This document shows, piece by piece, positions 29,236-39,303 of a DNA stretch of 64,000 bases; position 1 is the stretch's first letter, and the number at the start of each line of letters is the position of its first letter. Location: assembly GCA_021817605.1 (NCBI GenBank), contig JAKAUN010000012.1:7507-71506 (forward strand), written 5' to 3'. The stretch comes from Thermoplasmata archaeon. GTDB taxonomy: Archaea; Thermoplasmatota; Thermoplasmata; Lutacidiplasmatales; UBA184. The position numbers were made by a program, and so were the translations under genes. Under the pieces are notes generated by a model, which saw nothing but the letters and a program-made list of their open reading frames with translations, was not told where the DNA came from and made no database searches.

Positions 29236-29781
29236 TCAGATCGAGCCGAGCCGGATCTCTCGCTCGAGGAACTGCTTGGAGAGCTCCGCGGTGTTCGCGC
29301 TCGTCGCGGCCGGGCCGAGACGCAGGGTATCGACCTCGGCGATCGTCCTGTCGAGCCATTCGAACTCGTGGAAGACGAGAGGGTCGCTCAGGGCCTCCCG
29401 CAGCTTGCCGACCAGGTCGACGGGGTTGCGCATCGCCCAGTAGTAGGCCGACGCCCAGGTCCCGAACGCCTCCCAGACGAGGTCGCGGTCCAGGATCCCC
29501 CGATGGGTGAGCGTCCCCACGAGCTCGAAGAAGGTGGCGACCTCCATGCTCGCGATGTCGTCGTGCGAGAGACTGAGCAGCCTCTCGCTCAGGTGACGAC
29601 GCGCGGCGAGCATCCGGGGTCCGTCGAAGCGCTCGCGCAGGCCGATCACCGCGTTCGCCGAATTGAGACGTTGGGCCGATCGCGTCTGCCAGTACATCAG
29701 GATGAGGGTGCCGATGACCAGCGCCCAGGTACCGGCGAGCGACCAGATGGCCAGGCTGAACCAGTCGACCGTCGCCGACAC
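29236..29781 (-). CDS. Membrane-anchored helical protein (DUF4760-like)
   Basis: N-terminal TM, VATFFELVGTLTHRGILD, FHEFEWL. Confidence 0.65.
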   Translation of the reverse strand: MSATVDWFSLAIWSLAGTWALVIGTLILMYWQTRSAQRLNSANAVIGLRERFDGPRMLAARRHLSERLLSLSHDDIASMEVATFFELVGTLTHRGILDRDLVWEAFGTWASAYYWAMRNPVDLVGKLREALSDPLVFHEFEWLDRTIAEVDTLRLGPAATSANTAELSKQFLEREIRLGSI

Positions 29782-29908
29782 CCCCCGCGAGGACGACGGA
29801 GCGGGGACGGGATTTGAGGTACGAGGGAGCCGGCGAACCCGCCCGAGAGGTCGAGGGACGGTCCCCCTGGCGGGCCCGGCCGGGTCGGAGGGACCGCCGC
29901 CGAGGCCC

Positions 29909-30298
29909 CTAGTCCGTACGGTTCGTCAGGAGGAACTCGTTGCCGTCGGGGTCGGCGATGACCGCCCGAAGGAAGGTGCCGATCGACGTCTCCACGACCT
30001 TCGGCTCGGCACTCACGGTCCCTCCCCGCCGTACGATCTCGCGGCAGGCCGCGACGGGATCCGCGTGCCAGAAGACGACCCCGGAAACGGTCCCGGGCTC
30101 CCGCCCACCTTCCCCCGCCCCCTGGACGTGCATAGTGAGAAGGGTCGAGGTCTCCGGCAGCGCGAAGACCAGGCGCCTCGCCCGATCGTCGTAGAGGAGC
30201 TCCCTTAGTCCTAGGACATCCCGGTAGAATCTACGCGCCTTCTCGGCATCGGTGATGTGGACGGTCACCGCGTGGAGCCGGCTGATGATGTCGCTCAC
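29909..30298 (-). CDS. VOC/glyoxalase-family protein
   Basis: DAEKARRFYRDVLGL...ADPDGNEF. Confidence 0.88.
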   Translation of the reverse strand: MSDIISRLHAVTVHITDAEKARRFYRDVLGLRELLYDDRARRLVFALPETSTLLTMHVQGAGEGGREPGTVSGVVFWHADPVAACREIVRRGGTVSAEPKVVETSIGTFLRAVIADPDGNEFLLTNRTD

Positions 30299-30483
30299 GC
30301 CGACCCTAAGGAGTCCGGCGCGTTAACGCTTCGCGCCAGGAGGGCCCGCCGGCACGGGCCGAGTCACGGAGCCCGGCGGGCCTCGTCCGCCGAGGGAGGC
30401 GGGACACGAGCGTAGAAAGGCCCCTTCGAGACGCCCTCAAGGACCGTCATGGTGCTCTAATCCCGTGGTCGGTCTGACAGCCC

Positions 30484-30879
30484 ATGGCCCGCACCAAGGT
30501 CGAGTTCGTCTACAGCGGCCTCCGCGTCCGAAACCTTGCCCGCTCCCTGAGGTTCTACCTACGGATGGGGTTCAAGGTCCACCGACGGGGCCGCATGGGC
30601 CACGGAGGCAGCTGGGTCCACCTCCGTTTTCCGGGGGCGGCGCAGCGGGTGGAGCTCAACTACTACCCACGGTCGAATCCGTACTACGAGCCGATGCGTA
30701 GAGGGACCGAGTTCGACCACTTTGGCTTCCGGGTCTCGAGCGTCGAGGCGTGGGAGGCCGAACTCCGCCGTCGGAGGCTCCCGATCGTGGCACGCATCCG
30801 CGAGCCGCACGAGAACATCGTCTACACGAGGGACCCGGACGGCAACTGGCTCGAGTTCTTCGGCCCGGTCCCGGCGTGA
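30484..30879 (+). CDS. VOC/glyoxalase-family protein
   Basis: RVRNLARSLRFY, VELNYY, FDHFGFRV, RDPDGNWLE. Confidence 0.88.
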   Translation: MARTKVEFVYSGLRVRNLARSLRFYLRMGFKVHRRGRMGHGGSWVHLRFPGAAQRVELNYYPRSNPYYEPMRRGTEFDHFGFRVSSVEAWEAELRRRRLPIVARIREPHENIVYTRDPDGNWLEFFGPVPA

Positions 30880-30889
30880 CCCGGCGCGC

Positions 30890-31654
30890 CTACTCGTAGG
30901 AGACGTCCGCGCGCAGGTAGGCGCGCACCGCCAAGACGAGGACCACGACGGTCTCGACCCCGAGCACCAGCATCTGGTAGAGGTCGGTCGCGTTGAGCGT
31001 CCCGGAGTACGCCCCACGGACCGCGTCCGAAACGTAGGTTAGCGGGTTCGCGCGGAAGAGCGCCTGGAGAACGAGCGGGAGCCCGCTGCTGAGGGGATAG
31101 AACACCGTGCTTGCGAAATTGACGACGAAGATGAGGAGGATCTGGATGCTGTTGTAGGCGGTGTTCGACTTCACCAGGGCCGCAAGCAGCAGCATGAGCG
31201 CGCCGAAGAAGATCGATCCCACGGTGATCGACGCGAGGATGATCGCAAGGGCGACCAGCCCGATCGGGGCGGTGCCCACGAGAAGGTAGGCGACAGCGAG
31301 CATCACCATCGCGCCTCCGAGGCCGAACATCATCGCGGTCAGCATGATCCCGAGGAGGTACTGCAATCTCGTGAACGGGCCGACGAGGAGCTGCGAGAGC
31401 ATCCCCCAGCGGCGGTCGGCCCACAGGATGCTTCCCCCGACCGTCCCCGCCATCACCGCCTGGAACGCCATGATCCCGGGAGTCAGGAAGTCGAGGTAGC
31501 TTGGACCTCGGTTCCCCGAGGCCAGGCTCTGGAAACCGAATCCGAAGAAGACGAGGTACATCGCCGGAAGGCCCAGGAGGATGACGAGGCTCCCGGGGTC
31601 GGTGTTGACGACGATGTTCCGGTAGACGAGGCGCAGGATGTTAGGGACCTTCAT
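30890..31654 (-). CDS. ABC-2 type exporter permease
   Basis: SYLDFLTPGI, FASTVFYP, ANPLTYVSDAVR. Start MKVPNILR at 31654. Confidence 0.9.
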   Translation of the reverse strand: MKVPNILRLVYRNIVVNTDPGSLVILLGLPAMYLVFFGFGFQSLASGNRGPSYLDFLTPGIMAFQAVMAGTVGGSILWADRRWGMLSQLLVGPFTRLQYLLGIMLTAMMFGLGGAMVMLAVAYLLVGTAPIGLVALAIILASITVGSIFFGALMLLLAALVKSNTAYNSIQILLIFVVNFASTVFYPLSSGLPLVLQALFRANPLTYVSDAVRGAYSGTLNATDLYQMLVLGVETVVVLVLAVRAYLRADVSYE

Positions 31655-32627
31655 GGCCCTCCCCTCCGTGCCCCACCGAGTGCAGGAAGACGTCCTCGAG
31701 GGTGTTCTTGCGCACGTTGAGCCAGTCGAGCTGCACCGCGTGGGTCCGCGCGAGCGTGACGATGGCGGAGAGGGCCGCCTTCGTGTCGTCCGTGAGGAGG
31801 ACCGCCGCGTGACCGGCCACGGTAAGGGTCGCCGAGCCGGCGAGCTCGGCGCCCAGGGCACGGAAGAACCCGGACGGGTCCGAGTCCGCCACGGTGAGGT
31901 CGATCGTCTTCTTCCCGCCGTAGAGCTGCTTTAGGTTCTCGACCGAGTCGAGGGCCAGAAGCTTGCCCTCGTCGATCACGGCGACGCGGTCGCAGAGGTA
32001 GTCGGCCTCCTCGAGATTGTGGGTGGTGAAGACGACCGTGAGGCCGCGGCGAACCTCGGCGCGAACCGAGTCGAGGAGGGTGCGACGCATGATGACGTCG
32101 AGCCCGACCGTCGGTTCGTCCAGGAAGAGGATCTCCATGTCGTGCATGAACTCGCGGGCGACCTGGACTCGCCGCTTCTGGCCCCCGGAGATGTCGAAGG
32201 CGCGGCGGCGGCGGATCTCCCCGAGGTCGAACCTCGTCAGGAGCTGCTCGCGGCGCCGTTCGCGCTCGGCCTTGGGGATGCCCCAGAGCATGCCGTAGAC
32301 GTCGAGGTTCCCCTGCACCGTCGTGAAATCGAACGACTCCGCCTGCTGGACGACCCCGATCCGCTCTCGGACCCGCCGGCCGTCACGCGACGGGTCGAAT
32401 CCGAGGACGCGAAGTTCGCCGGAGGTCGGCTGGATGAGGGTGGTCATCGCCTTGATGAGGGTCGATTTCCCCGCCCCGTTCCGCCCGAGCAGGCCGAACA
32501 CCTCTCCGCGGCGAATCGAGAAGCTCACGCCGTCCAGCGCGAAATGCCGGCGGTCGTAGCTGTGCCGGAGGTTCTCGGCCCGGACGGCCCACTCCTCGGT
32601 TCGGGGTGGCTCCTGCCCGACCTGCAC
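31641..32627 (-). CDS. ABC exporter ATP-binding protein (DrrA-like)
   Basis: GRNGAGKST, ISGGQKRRVQ, LFLDEPTVGLD, TTHNLEEA. Probable GTG start with GGAGG. Confidence 0.92.
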   Translation of the reverse strand: MQVGQEPPRTEEWAVRAENLRHSYDRRHFALDGVSFSIRRGEVFGLLGRNGAGKSTLIKAMTTLIQPTSGELRVLGFDPSRDGRRVRERIGVVQQAESFDFTTVQGNLDVYGMLWGIPKAERERRREQLLTRFDLGEIRRRRAFDISGGQKRRVQVAREFMHDMEILFLDEPTVGLDVIMRRTLLDSVRAEVRRGLTVVFTTHNLEEADYLCDRVAVIDEGKLLALDSVENLKQLYGGKKTIDLTVADSDPSGFFRALGAELAGSATLTVAGHAAVLLTDDTKAALSAIVTLARTHAVQLDWLNVRKNTLEDVFLHSVGHGGEGHEGP

Positions 32628-32902
32628 GTCTCCTCCCAGCTCGCCGAGAGGATAAGGGGCCGTCGTGGGGCGGGAGGCTGCCACTCCCGGCGGGGCTCGC
32701 CGCGCGGCAGCCACCCGCACCGCTCGCCCCCGACCACCGACGAAGATGAGGGTCCGTTGCGGGCCCTTACCCTGCGCGCGGAAAACGTATAACTCATCGT
32801 GCTAGGGGTTCGCACGCCTCGGCGCCGTTCGTCCCGGTCGAGGGACCGGAGACGGGACGGTCGACCCGTCCCCCGGACCGGCGCCTGGGGCAGGGAAAAC
32901 GA

Positions 32903-34759
32903 ATGAAAGGATCTAGAGGATGGCATCGAGCGACCGTTGCCGGCGTCGTTGTCGCCTTGGCGGCGATCTTGGCCGGCGGCTATCTGGGGGTCGTCCCCCT
33001 GAACCACCCGAACCCGTCGTTCGCCACGAGCGTATCGTGGAACCCCGGCGGCGCGAGCCGCTTCCACGCCCCGCTCTCGGAGATGGGGCTCCTCGGCGCC
33101 GCGGGGACTCTCCCCGTGGATCAGGGGTTCTCCGCCCAAGTGGTGCCGGCCTCCACCCCCGGGGTGGGAGGCGGCAGCGGAAGCCTTCCCGTGAACGCCC
33201 TGCGCTTCATCACCGACCAGAGCTACCTGCCCCAGACCGAGACGACCCTGGCCCTCGGAAGCTCAGGCAACGAGTCCGTGCTCTTGGGGGGGGTCAACGA
33301 CGCTCGTCTGTTCTTCTGCAGCCCGTTGTTCGGGAGCCCGCTGCCCGCGTCGGACTGTCCTAGCGGCTGGACCTACTCGGTCTCCGGCTTCACCATCGGG
33401 ACGCCCGGCAGCAACGCGACCACCTCGACCGTCGTGATGAGCGACGACCTTCCCGGACTGCTCTACCAGTCCACCCTCAACCCCACCTACCACGGGTTCC
33501 TCATCTCCTGGGGGGATCCGTCGGTAGCGTTCGACCCGGCGACGAGCCAGTTCTACTACGCCTCGCTGGCGATCGACCCGTTCACGGGGGACAACGGAGT
33601 GGAGCTTGCCGCCACGACCCCCACGTTCTGGTCGGATCCCGCGGCGTGCGTCACTTCGCAGGCGACTCCTTGGGAGAACCCGTGCTGGACCGCCGGACTG
33701 GTCTACGGCAACCTCACCGGGTTCATCGCGGGCGGCATCGCCTCCCACGTCCCGACCAGCTTCGAGGACAAGGAGCTCATCGCCGTGGACCAGGACCCGT
33801 CGTCGCCCTACTACGGGGACCTCTACGTCACCTGGGACCATTTCTTCAAGAACGGCTACAGCTCGAGCTATGGCGCCCGCTGCACCCCGCAGCTCTCCTG
33901 CTCGATGATCTCGGGCGGGGGCGCCTCCCGTCTCTCCGGGGCCGATCCTTTCGTCGCCTTCACGATGCCCGTGGTCGGAAGCGACGGCTCGGTCCACGTG
34001 AGCTGGTGCAACTACGGGACGCCGACGACCCTGGGGCCGGTCTCCTGCCGGGTCGCGAGCTCGCCCGCGGGCGGGAACGACTTCGGGCCGAACTCGACCG
34101 TCCTGAGCTTCGAGGGCAACGGGACCACCCTACCCGAGGCGGTGGGGCTCGTGGGCTACGCCACCGAGCAGTTCCGGACCGACTCGCTCCCGGTTCTCGC
34201 GGTGGACACGAGCGGCGGCCCGACCGACGGGAACCTCTACTTCACCATCGCCGTCTGCACGTCGCCCCAGACCTACTATGCGATCCTCTCGCCGGCCGAG
34301 CCGGGCAACTGCGGTCAATCCACCGTGCTCTTCTCCCGCTCGACCGACGGGGGCACCAGTTGGTCGGCGCCGACGGGAATTTCCCCGGCCTCCGCCGCGG
34401 TGAACGCCCAGCCGTGGGTGACCGTGGACAGCTCGAACGGGGCGGTGGTCGTGACCTACTATACCAGCCAGTTCGACGCCTTCCAACACCGCCTGGACGT
34501 CGTCGCGTCGGTCAGCACGGACGCCGGCGCCACGTTCTCGGAGATCCGCGTGACGAACATCTCCAACGAACCGGATTCCGACCCGACGATGTTCTACTAC
34601 CTCGGCCAGTTCGGCGGCTCGTGGGACGTCCCGCAGTACGGCGACTACTTCCAGGCGATCGCGGTCAACGGCCAGATCTGGACGCTCTTCACCGGCGACT
34701 ACGCGGTCGAGCTCGGCACCTTCCAGGCCGATCCGTGGCTGGCCACCGCCAGCGAGTAG
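32903..34759 (+). CDS. Secreted sialidase-like (BNR/Asp-box) beta-propeller protein
   Basis: Signal peptide, GDPSVAFD, EDKELIAVD, Asp boxes STDGGTSW and STDAGATF, YGDY. Confidence 0.8.
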   Translation: MKGSRGWHRATVAGVVVALAAILAGGYLGVVPLNHPNPSFATSVSWNPGGASRFHAPLSEMGLLGAAGTLPVDQGFSAQVVPASTPGVGGGSGSLPVNALRFITDQSYLPQTETTLALGSSGNESVLLGGVNDARLFFCSPLFGSPLPASDCPSGWTYSVSGFTIGTPGSNATTSTVVMSDDLPGLLYQSTLNPTYHGFLISWGDPSVAFDPATSQFYYASLAIDPFTGDNGVELAATTPTFWSDPAACVTSQATPWENPCWTAGLVYGNLTGFIAGGIASHVPTSFEDKELIAVDQDPSSPYYGDLYVTWDHFFKNGYSSSYGARCTPQLSCSMISGGGASRLSGADPFVAFTMPVVGSDGSVHVSWCNYGTPTTLGPVSCRVASSPAGGNDFGPNSTVLSFEGNGTTLPEAVGLVGYATEQFRTDSLPVLAVDTSGGPTDGNLYFTIAVCTSPQTYYAILSPAEPGNCGQSTVLFSRSTDGGTSWSAPTGISPASAAVNAQPWVTVDSSNGAVVVTYYTSQFDAFQHRLDVVASVSTDAGATFSEIRVTNISNEPDSDPTMFYYLGQFGGSWDVPQYGDYFQAIAVNGQIWTLFTGDYAVELGTFQADPWLATASE

Positions 34760-34864
34760 GGGGAAAGGGTCGGCAACGAGGCCCGCGCGAGGCGGCTGAA
34801 CCCAACCCCTTCCGTCCTTTCCTTAGGGTGGATCGCCCGGGCGCCGAGCGGTCCGGGGGGGCCG

Positions 34865-35632
34865 CTACTCTACCTTGAGCCAGCGGGCCGAGACGGCGAA
34901 GCCGAGCAGCAGCATCGCGCCGGCGAACGCCGCGAGGTAGCCAAGGTAGGCCCAGTCTACGGCCGTGCCAAGGACGAACCCGCGTCCCAGGAGCGCCGAG
35001 AAGGTGATCGGATTGGCGGAGGAGATCGCCTGCATCCAGCTTGGGAACTGGCGCGACGGGAAGAGGGAGGTGCTGGCGAACATGAGCGGCATGGTGATGA
35101 AGTTCGCGACCACGCCGGGCGTCTGCCAGTCCGTCGACGGGGCGGTCACGGCGAGAAAGAGGCTCGAGAAGCCTAGGGCGAGACAGAGCAGAGCGGCGAC
35201 CCAGGCGCCCCACTCGATAGGAGTGAGGGCGAACCGGACGCCGAAGGCGAGGGCAGCGGCGACCATCACCGGGATCTGGACCATGCCGCGCGTGGCCGAG
35301 CCGAACGCCTTGGCGAGGAAGATGACGCCCTTGGAGGTGGGCGTGATCAGGATGCGCTTCATGAAACCGAAGCGCTTGTCCTGGATGGTGCTCATCGCCC
35401 CGAACATCCCGATCGAGAGCATCGAGGTCGACAGCACCCCCGGTAGCAGGAACTTGATGTAGTCGCCGGTGCCGAAGAGGCTCTCGAGGGTCTGCTTCGG
35501 CACGTTGCCGAAGCTCGAACCGAAGAAGGCGAGCCACATGAACGGCTGGACGATCGTCATCAGCAGGACGAACGGATTGCGGAACGTGCGGAGTATCTCC
35601 CGGACATAGAGCCCGAAGAACTGGCTCCTCAT
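34865..35632 (-). CDS. ABC-2 type exporter permease
   Basis: DYIKFLLPGV, PLMFASTSLFP, NPITF. ATGA overlap with the upstream ATPase. Confidence 0.9.
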   Translation of the reverse strand: MRSQFFGLYVREILRTFRNPFVLLMTIVQPFMWLAFFGSSFGNVPKQTLESLFGTGDYIKFLLPGVLSTSMLSIGMFGAMSTIQDKRFGFMKRILITPTSKGVIFLAKAFGSATRGMVQIPVMVAAALAFGVRFALTPIEWGAWVAALLCLALGFSSLFLAVTAPSTDWQTPGVVANFITMPLMFASTSLFPSRQFPSWMQAISSANPITFSALLGRGFVLGTAVDWAYLGYLAAFAGAMLLLGFAVSARWLKVE

Positions 35633-36624
35633 CCCCGGGCCCTCCGCACCTGCGCGTAGAACTTGCGCACGTCCCGCATCGGCTCTTCCTGCCCCATCCG
35701 TCGGCCGGTGAGGTCGAGGAAGACCGTCTCCAGGCTCGGCTTCTCCACGCTGATCCGGCGGATCCTCTGCGGCGGGACGGAGGCGAGGAGCTGAGGGAGG
35801 AACTGTTCCGACGAGGCGACGCGGAACGTCCACTCGGCTCCCTGGCTCGTAAGCTCCTGGATGCCCGGCAGCGCGGTCAACGCGCCGCGGTCGAGCTCCT
35901 CGGTCGTCTCGAGGACGACCAGGTCCGCCCGGACCTTCGCCTTGAGCTCGGAGGGCGTCCCCTCGGCAATGATCCGTCCGAGCTCGATGATGGCAATGCG
36001 GTCGCAGAGGGCGTCCGCTTCCTCGATGTAGTGGGTCGTCAGGAGAACGGTGACCCCGTACTCCTGGCGCACGCCACGGACGATGTCCCAAAGCATCCGC
36101 CGGGTGCCGACGTCCAGTCCGATCGTCGGCTCGTCCATGAAGATCACCGACGGTTGGTGGAGGAGGGCAAGCGCGATCTCGAGCTTCTTGCGCATCCCGG
36201 TCGAGTAGTGGGAGACCTTCTCGTCCCTGCGGTCCTCGAGCGAGAAGTAGGCAAGGATGGTCCGGGCCCGCGACTCCCAGTCGCGCAGGCCCTGCAGCTT
36301 GGCCTGGAGCCAGAGGTTCTCCCAGCCGCTGAAGTCGTCGTCCAGGATCACCTCGGCAGCGACCCAGCCGATCCTCGAGCGGACCTCCATCGACTGGCGT
36401 CGGACGTCAAAGCCCGCGACGCGCGCCTCCCCCGAGGTCATGTCGCTCACCCCGGTGAGGACCTTGATGAGCGTCGTCTTGCCCGCTCCGTTCGGCCCCA
36501 TGAGGCCGAAGACGCTTCCCGACGGGACCGAGAGGTCCACTCGGTCGAGAGCGAGGACCCCTTTCGTCAAGCTTCCGTAGCGCTTCGAGAGGTTGTGCGT
36601 CTCGATGGCCACCGGGGCCGTCAC
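35629..36624 (-). CDS. ABC exporter ATP-binding protein (DrrA-like)
   Basis: GPNGAGKTT, YSTGMRKKLE, FMDEPTIGLD, TTHYIEEA, PSLETVFLDLTG. Confidence 0.93.
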   Translation of the reverse strand: MTAPVAIETHNLSKRYGSLTKGVLALDRVDLSVPSGSVFGLMGPNGAGKTTLIKVLTGVSDMTSGEARVAGFDVRRQSMEVRSRIGWVAAEVILDDDFSGWENLWLQAKLQGLRDWESRARTILAYFSLEDRRDEKVSHYSTGMRKKLEIALALLHQPSVIFMDEPTIGLDVGTRRMLWDIVRGVRQEYGVTVLLTTHYIEEADALCDRIAIIELGRIIAEGTPSELKAKVRADLVVLETTEELDRGALTALPGIQELTSQGAEWTFRVASSEQFLPQLLASVPPQRIRRISVEKPSLETVFLDLTGRRMGQEEPMRDVRKFYAQVRRARG

Positions 36625-37172
36625 GCCCCGGGCCTCCGACGCCGCGGGCGAAAGGCCGCAGGGGTCGTGCGACCTCCCGAGATGCGGAGGTCGGCGAGCT
36701 TGAGCTGCTGGAGCACCCGGCTCCGCAACAACTCGACCTTGGTCGGCGTGGTCGGATTGTTGGCCAGGTACTCGGCCACCCGGTTGAGTTGGGTCTCGAG
36801 TCGCTCGACCAGGTAGGTTCCCGGGTCGCTTCGCCCGGCGATCTCGGACCAGAGGACCCCGAGGTCCGGCCCGGCGCGGGCTCTCCAGTGCATTCCCCGT
36901 CGAAGGCCTCGGAGGAGCTCCCGTCCGGCCGGGGTAATGCGATAGATCCGGCGTCGACCCTCGGGGGCCGACCTCGCGAGCCCGCGTCGGACGAGCGAGC
37001 CGAGCGCCGGATAGACCGCTCCGGGCCCGGGCCGCCAGCTGCCGGCGGTCCGCTCGGAGATCCGCTCGGCGAGCTCGTAGCCGTAGAGGCGACGCTCGTG
37101 CTCCATCACGGAAAGCGCGTAAAGGCCGAGGACGCGGGCGGGAGATGGCCGGCGAGAAGAGGGTTCGGGCAT
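36621..37172 (-). CDS. PadR-family transcriptional regulator
   Basis: YGYELAERI...WRPGPGAVYPAL..L...GL...RRRIYRITPAGR. Confidence 0.9.
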   Translation of the reverse strand: MPEPSSRRPSPARVLGLYALSVMEHERRLYGYELAERISERTAGSWRPGPGAVYPALGSLVRRGLARSAPEGRRRIYRITPAGRELLRGLRRGMHWRARAGPDLGVLWSEIAGRSDPGTYLVERLETQLNRVAEYLANNPTTPTKVELLRSRVLQQLKLADLRISGGRTTPAAFRPRRRRPGA

Positions 37173-37187
37173 GGGCGACCGAACTTC

Positions 37188-37204
37188 TATTGAATTCGAT
37201 ATAA
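37188..37204 (-). promoter_or_regulatory. Near-perfect palindrome overlapping a TATA box: probable PadR autoregulatory operator
   Basis: TATTGAATTCGATA (one mismatch from a perfect palindrome), overlapping minus-strand TTATA about 30 nt before the padR ATG. Confidence 0.55.
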
Positions 37205-37259
37205 CGTCTCCGTGCACCGGTGCTAGCTCCCGCCGGCGAGACGGCGGACGCTGCGAGGA

Positions 37260-38000
37260 TTATAGGTCGAAACGCTGATGGTCCTCGACAACGAGGGCGT
37301 CCGGGAAGACCGCCCGAGCCTCACGGGAGATCTCCTCGTCGGAGCCGGGGAGGTCGCCCACATGGTTGAGGAAGAGACGACGGGCCCGCATCCGGACGGC
37401 CGCGGCGGCCGCCTGCGAGCCAGTGCTGTGCCCGTACTCCCTCGCGAGCGGGGCGTGGCGGTCGGCGAACGTCGCTTCGTGGATGAGATAGTCGACCGGG
37501 AGCTCCGGAGCCGGCGAGGGCTCCCGGGTGTCCCCGGTGTAGAAGACCGAAAGATCGCCGTTCGAGAGGAGATAGCCCAGGTTGACGATCGTGTGGTCGA
37601 GGGGAACCGAGCGGATCCTCCACGGCCCGATCTTCGCGTCGATCGACTCGCCCTCGAGGACCGTGAACGGATAGAGCTCGGAGGGGTCCACCACCGTCCC
37701 TCTGACGCGGACGATCGCGTCGAGCAGGCTCTTGAAGCCGGGCGGTGCGACGACGGTGAGCGGGCGGCGGCGACCGGTGATAAGGGTGTGCAAGAGCAGG
37801 TCGGACAGACCGGCGACGTGATCGGTATGCAGATGCGAGATGAGGACGGCATCCACGCTCTCGAACTGCCCGAGGTCGTGGAGACGCCCGGTCGCTCCGG
37901 CGCCGCAGTCGAGGAGAACGCCCCCGAGGAGGGCGCTGCTGGGGTGGCGACGGTCCCCGCGGAAATTTCCCGCGCCCGTACCCAGGAAGTGAAGCTGCAT
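37260..38000 (-). CDS. RNase Z/BN-like metallo-beta-lactamase-fold hydrolase
   Basis: FLGTG, LLDCG, SHLHTDH, YTGDT, HEATF, GHST, LNH. Confidence 0.85.
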   Translation of the reverse strand: MQLHFLGTGAGNFRGDRRHPSSALLGGVLLDCGAGATGRLHDLGQFESVDAVLISHLHTDHVAGLSDLLLHTLITGRRRPLTVVAPPGFKSLLDAIVRVRGTVVDPSELYPFTVLEGESIDAKIGPWRIRSVPLDHTIVNLGYLLSNGDLSVFYTGDTREPSPAPELPVDYLIHEATFADRHAPLAREYGHSTGSQAAAAAVRMRARRLFLNHVGDLPGSDEEISREARAVFPDALVVEDHQRFDL

Positions 38001-38184
38001 CCTGCCCCGAGGGTCGTGCCTAAAGCGTGGGCAGCAGGTAGCTCGGATAAGCCTTCGGCTTCCGGCGCCGCTCCCCACGGGGGAGGGGCGACCGAGGCGC
38101 GGAGCGCTGGGGTGGGACCCCTCGCGTCCGGGGAGGAGACCTCCACCGCCCAACGACGGGCCGCGCGCTTGGTCCGTCGCGGGC

Positions 38185-38448
38185 TCAGCCCCAACGCCAG
38201 TTCGCGCCGGTCCCGCTGGTGATCCACGCCCCGGCCATGACACCGCCCAGGAGCAGGACGGAGACGAGGAGGACTATGATGTCCTGGAAGAGCGAGAACC
38301 CCGTGGCCCAGAAACCGACGTAGAGGAGGGTGAAGACCAGCCAGGTGATCGGACCCAGGACCGAGAGAAGGACCCGCCAACGCGCGCCGGAGAGCCCCGG
38401 CTTGAGGCCCACCCCTGTCGTCGTGGTGGGCCCGGTGTGTTCGACCAT
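38185..38448 (-). CDS. Small 2-TM hypothetical protein
   Basis: WRVLLSVLGPITWLVFTLLYVGFW..GFSLFQDIIVLLVS. Confidence 0.65.
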   Translation of the reverse strand: MVEHTGPTTTTGVGLKPGLSGARWRVLLSVLGPITWLVFTLLYVGFWATGFSLFQDIIVLLVSVLLLGGVMAGAWITSGTGANWRWG

Positions 38449-38491
38449 CTTCGAACCCGACCCCCGTGCTTCGGACCGGGCGTTCGCGCTC

Positions 38492-39022
38492 TTACGGGCG
38501 CGCGGAGCCGCGCGAGCCGACCAGCGCCTCCTGAACGACCCTGCGGGCCTCGCTCGATACGCCCGACTCGACGAAGACGTCGTCCAGAGTGAGAACCCCC
38601 TGAAGAGTGCCGTCGTCCACGACGAGCAAGCGGCGGATCTGGTGGTCACGCATCGTTCGGACCGCGTCGTCGAGGCCGACCTCGGAGCTCACGGAGACGA
38701 CCTTCGCGGTCATGCAGGAGCCTACCTCCGCATGGGGGGTGGCACGGGCTTCGGAGGCGAGGTGACGCAGGGCGAGGTCACGGTCCGTCACCACGCCGAC
38801 CAGATTGCGTCCGTCCAGGACGGGGAGCATACCGACATTTCCTTCGAGCATCCGTTCGGCGGCCTCGGCACAGGAGTCCGATCTCTGGCAGACGAGAACG
38901 TCCGTGCTCATCAGATCCCGAACCCGGGGGACCCGTTCCGTTCTGGCCCGGAGCCTGTGGAAGATCGACGTCTTCTCTACGTTCCTCCCTGCGATGGGGT
39001 GAGCTACGACTTCGCTCGACAT
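38492..39022 (-). CDS. CBS-domain pair protein
   Basis: VRDLMSTDV, VGMLPV, VGVVTDRDL, IRRLLVV, GVLTLDDV. Confidence 0.85.
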   Translation of the reverse strand: MSSEVVAHPIAGRNVEKTSIFHRLRARTERVPRVRDLMSTDVLVCQRSDSCAEAAERMLEGNVGMLPVLDGRNLVGVVTDRDLALRHLASEARATPHAEVGSCMTAKVVSVSSEVGLDDAVRTMRDHQIRRLLVVDDGTLQGVLTLDDVFVESGVSSEARRVVQEALVGSRGSARP

Positions 39023-39303
39023 GGCCGCTCCGGGCGGCGCAGCGACCCCGTCGAGCATAGCGCAACGGTCAACGAAGGTTGACCGAGAGAACGACACCCC
39101 GTGGCCACGCGATTCCAGGGACTACCACGGAGCAGGGAGGTCTCAGGGCATGGGAGCCCGGCCGAGGCTTGGGCGTTCGCCTTCGGCGTGGCGCCGTCCC
39201 CGGGAAGTGGCCCGCCCCCGGGTGCCGCTACGAGAGGGGAGGACCGAAATGATAGGGTAGGCCCTGGACAAAGCTACAAGTAGGGCCAGGGGGAGAGTCC
39301 GCC

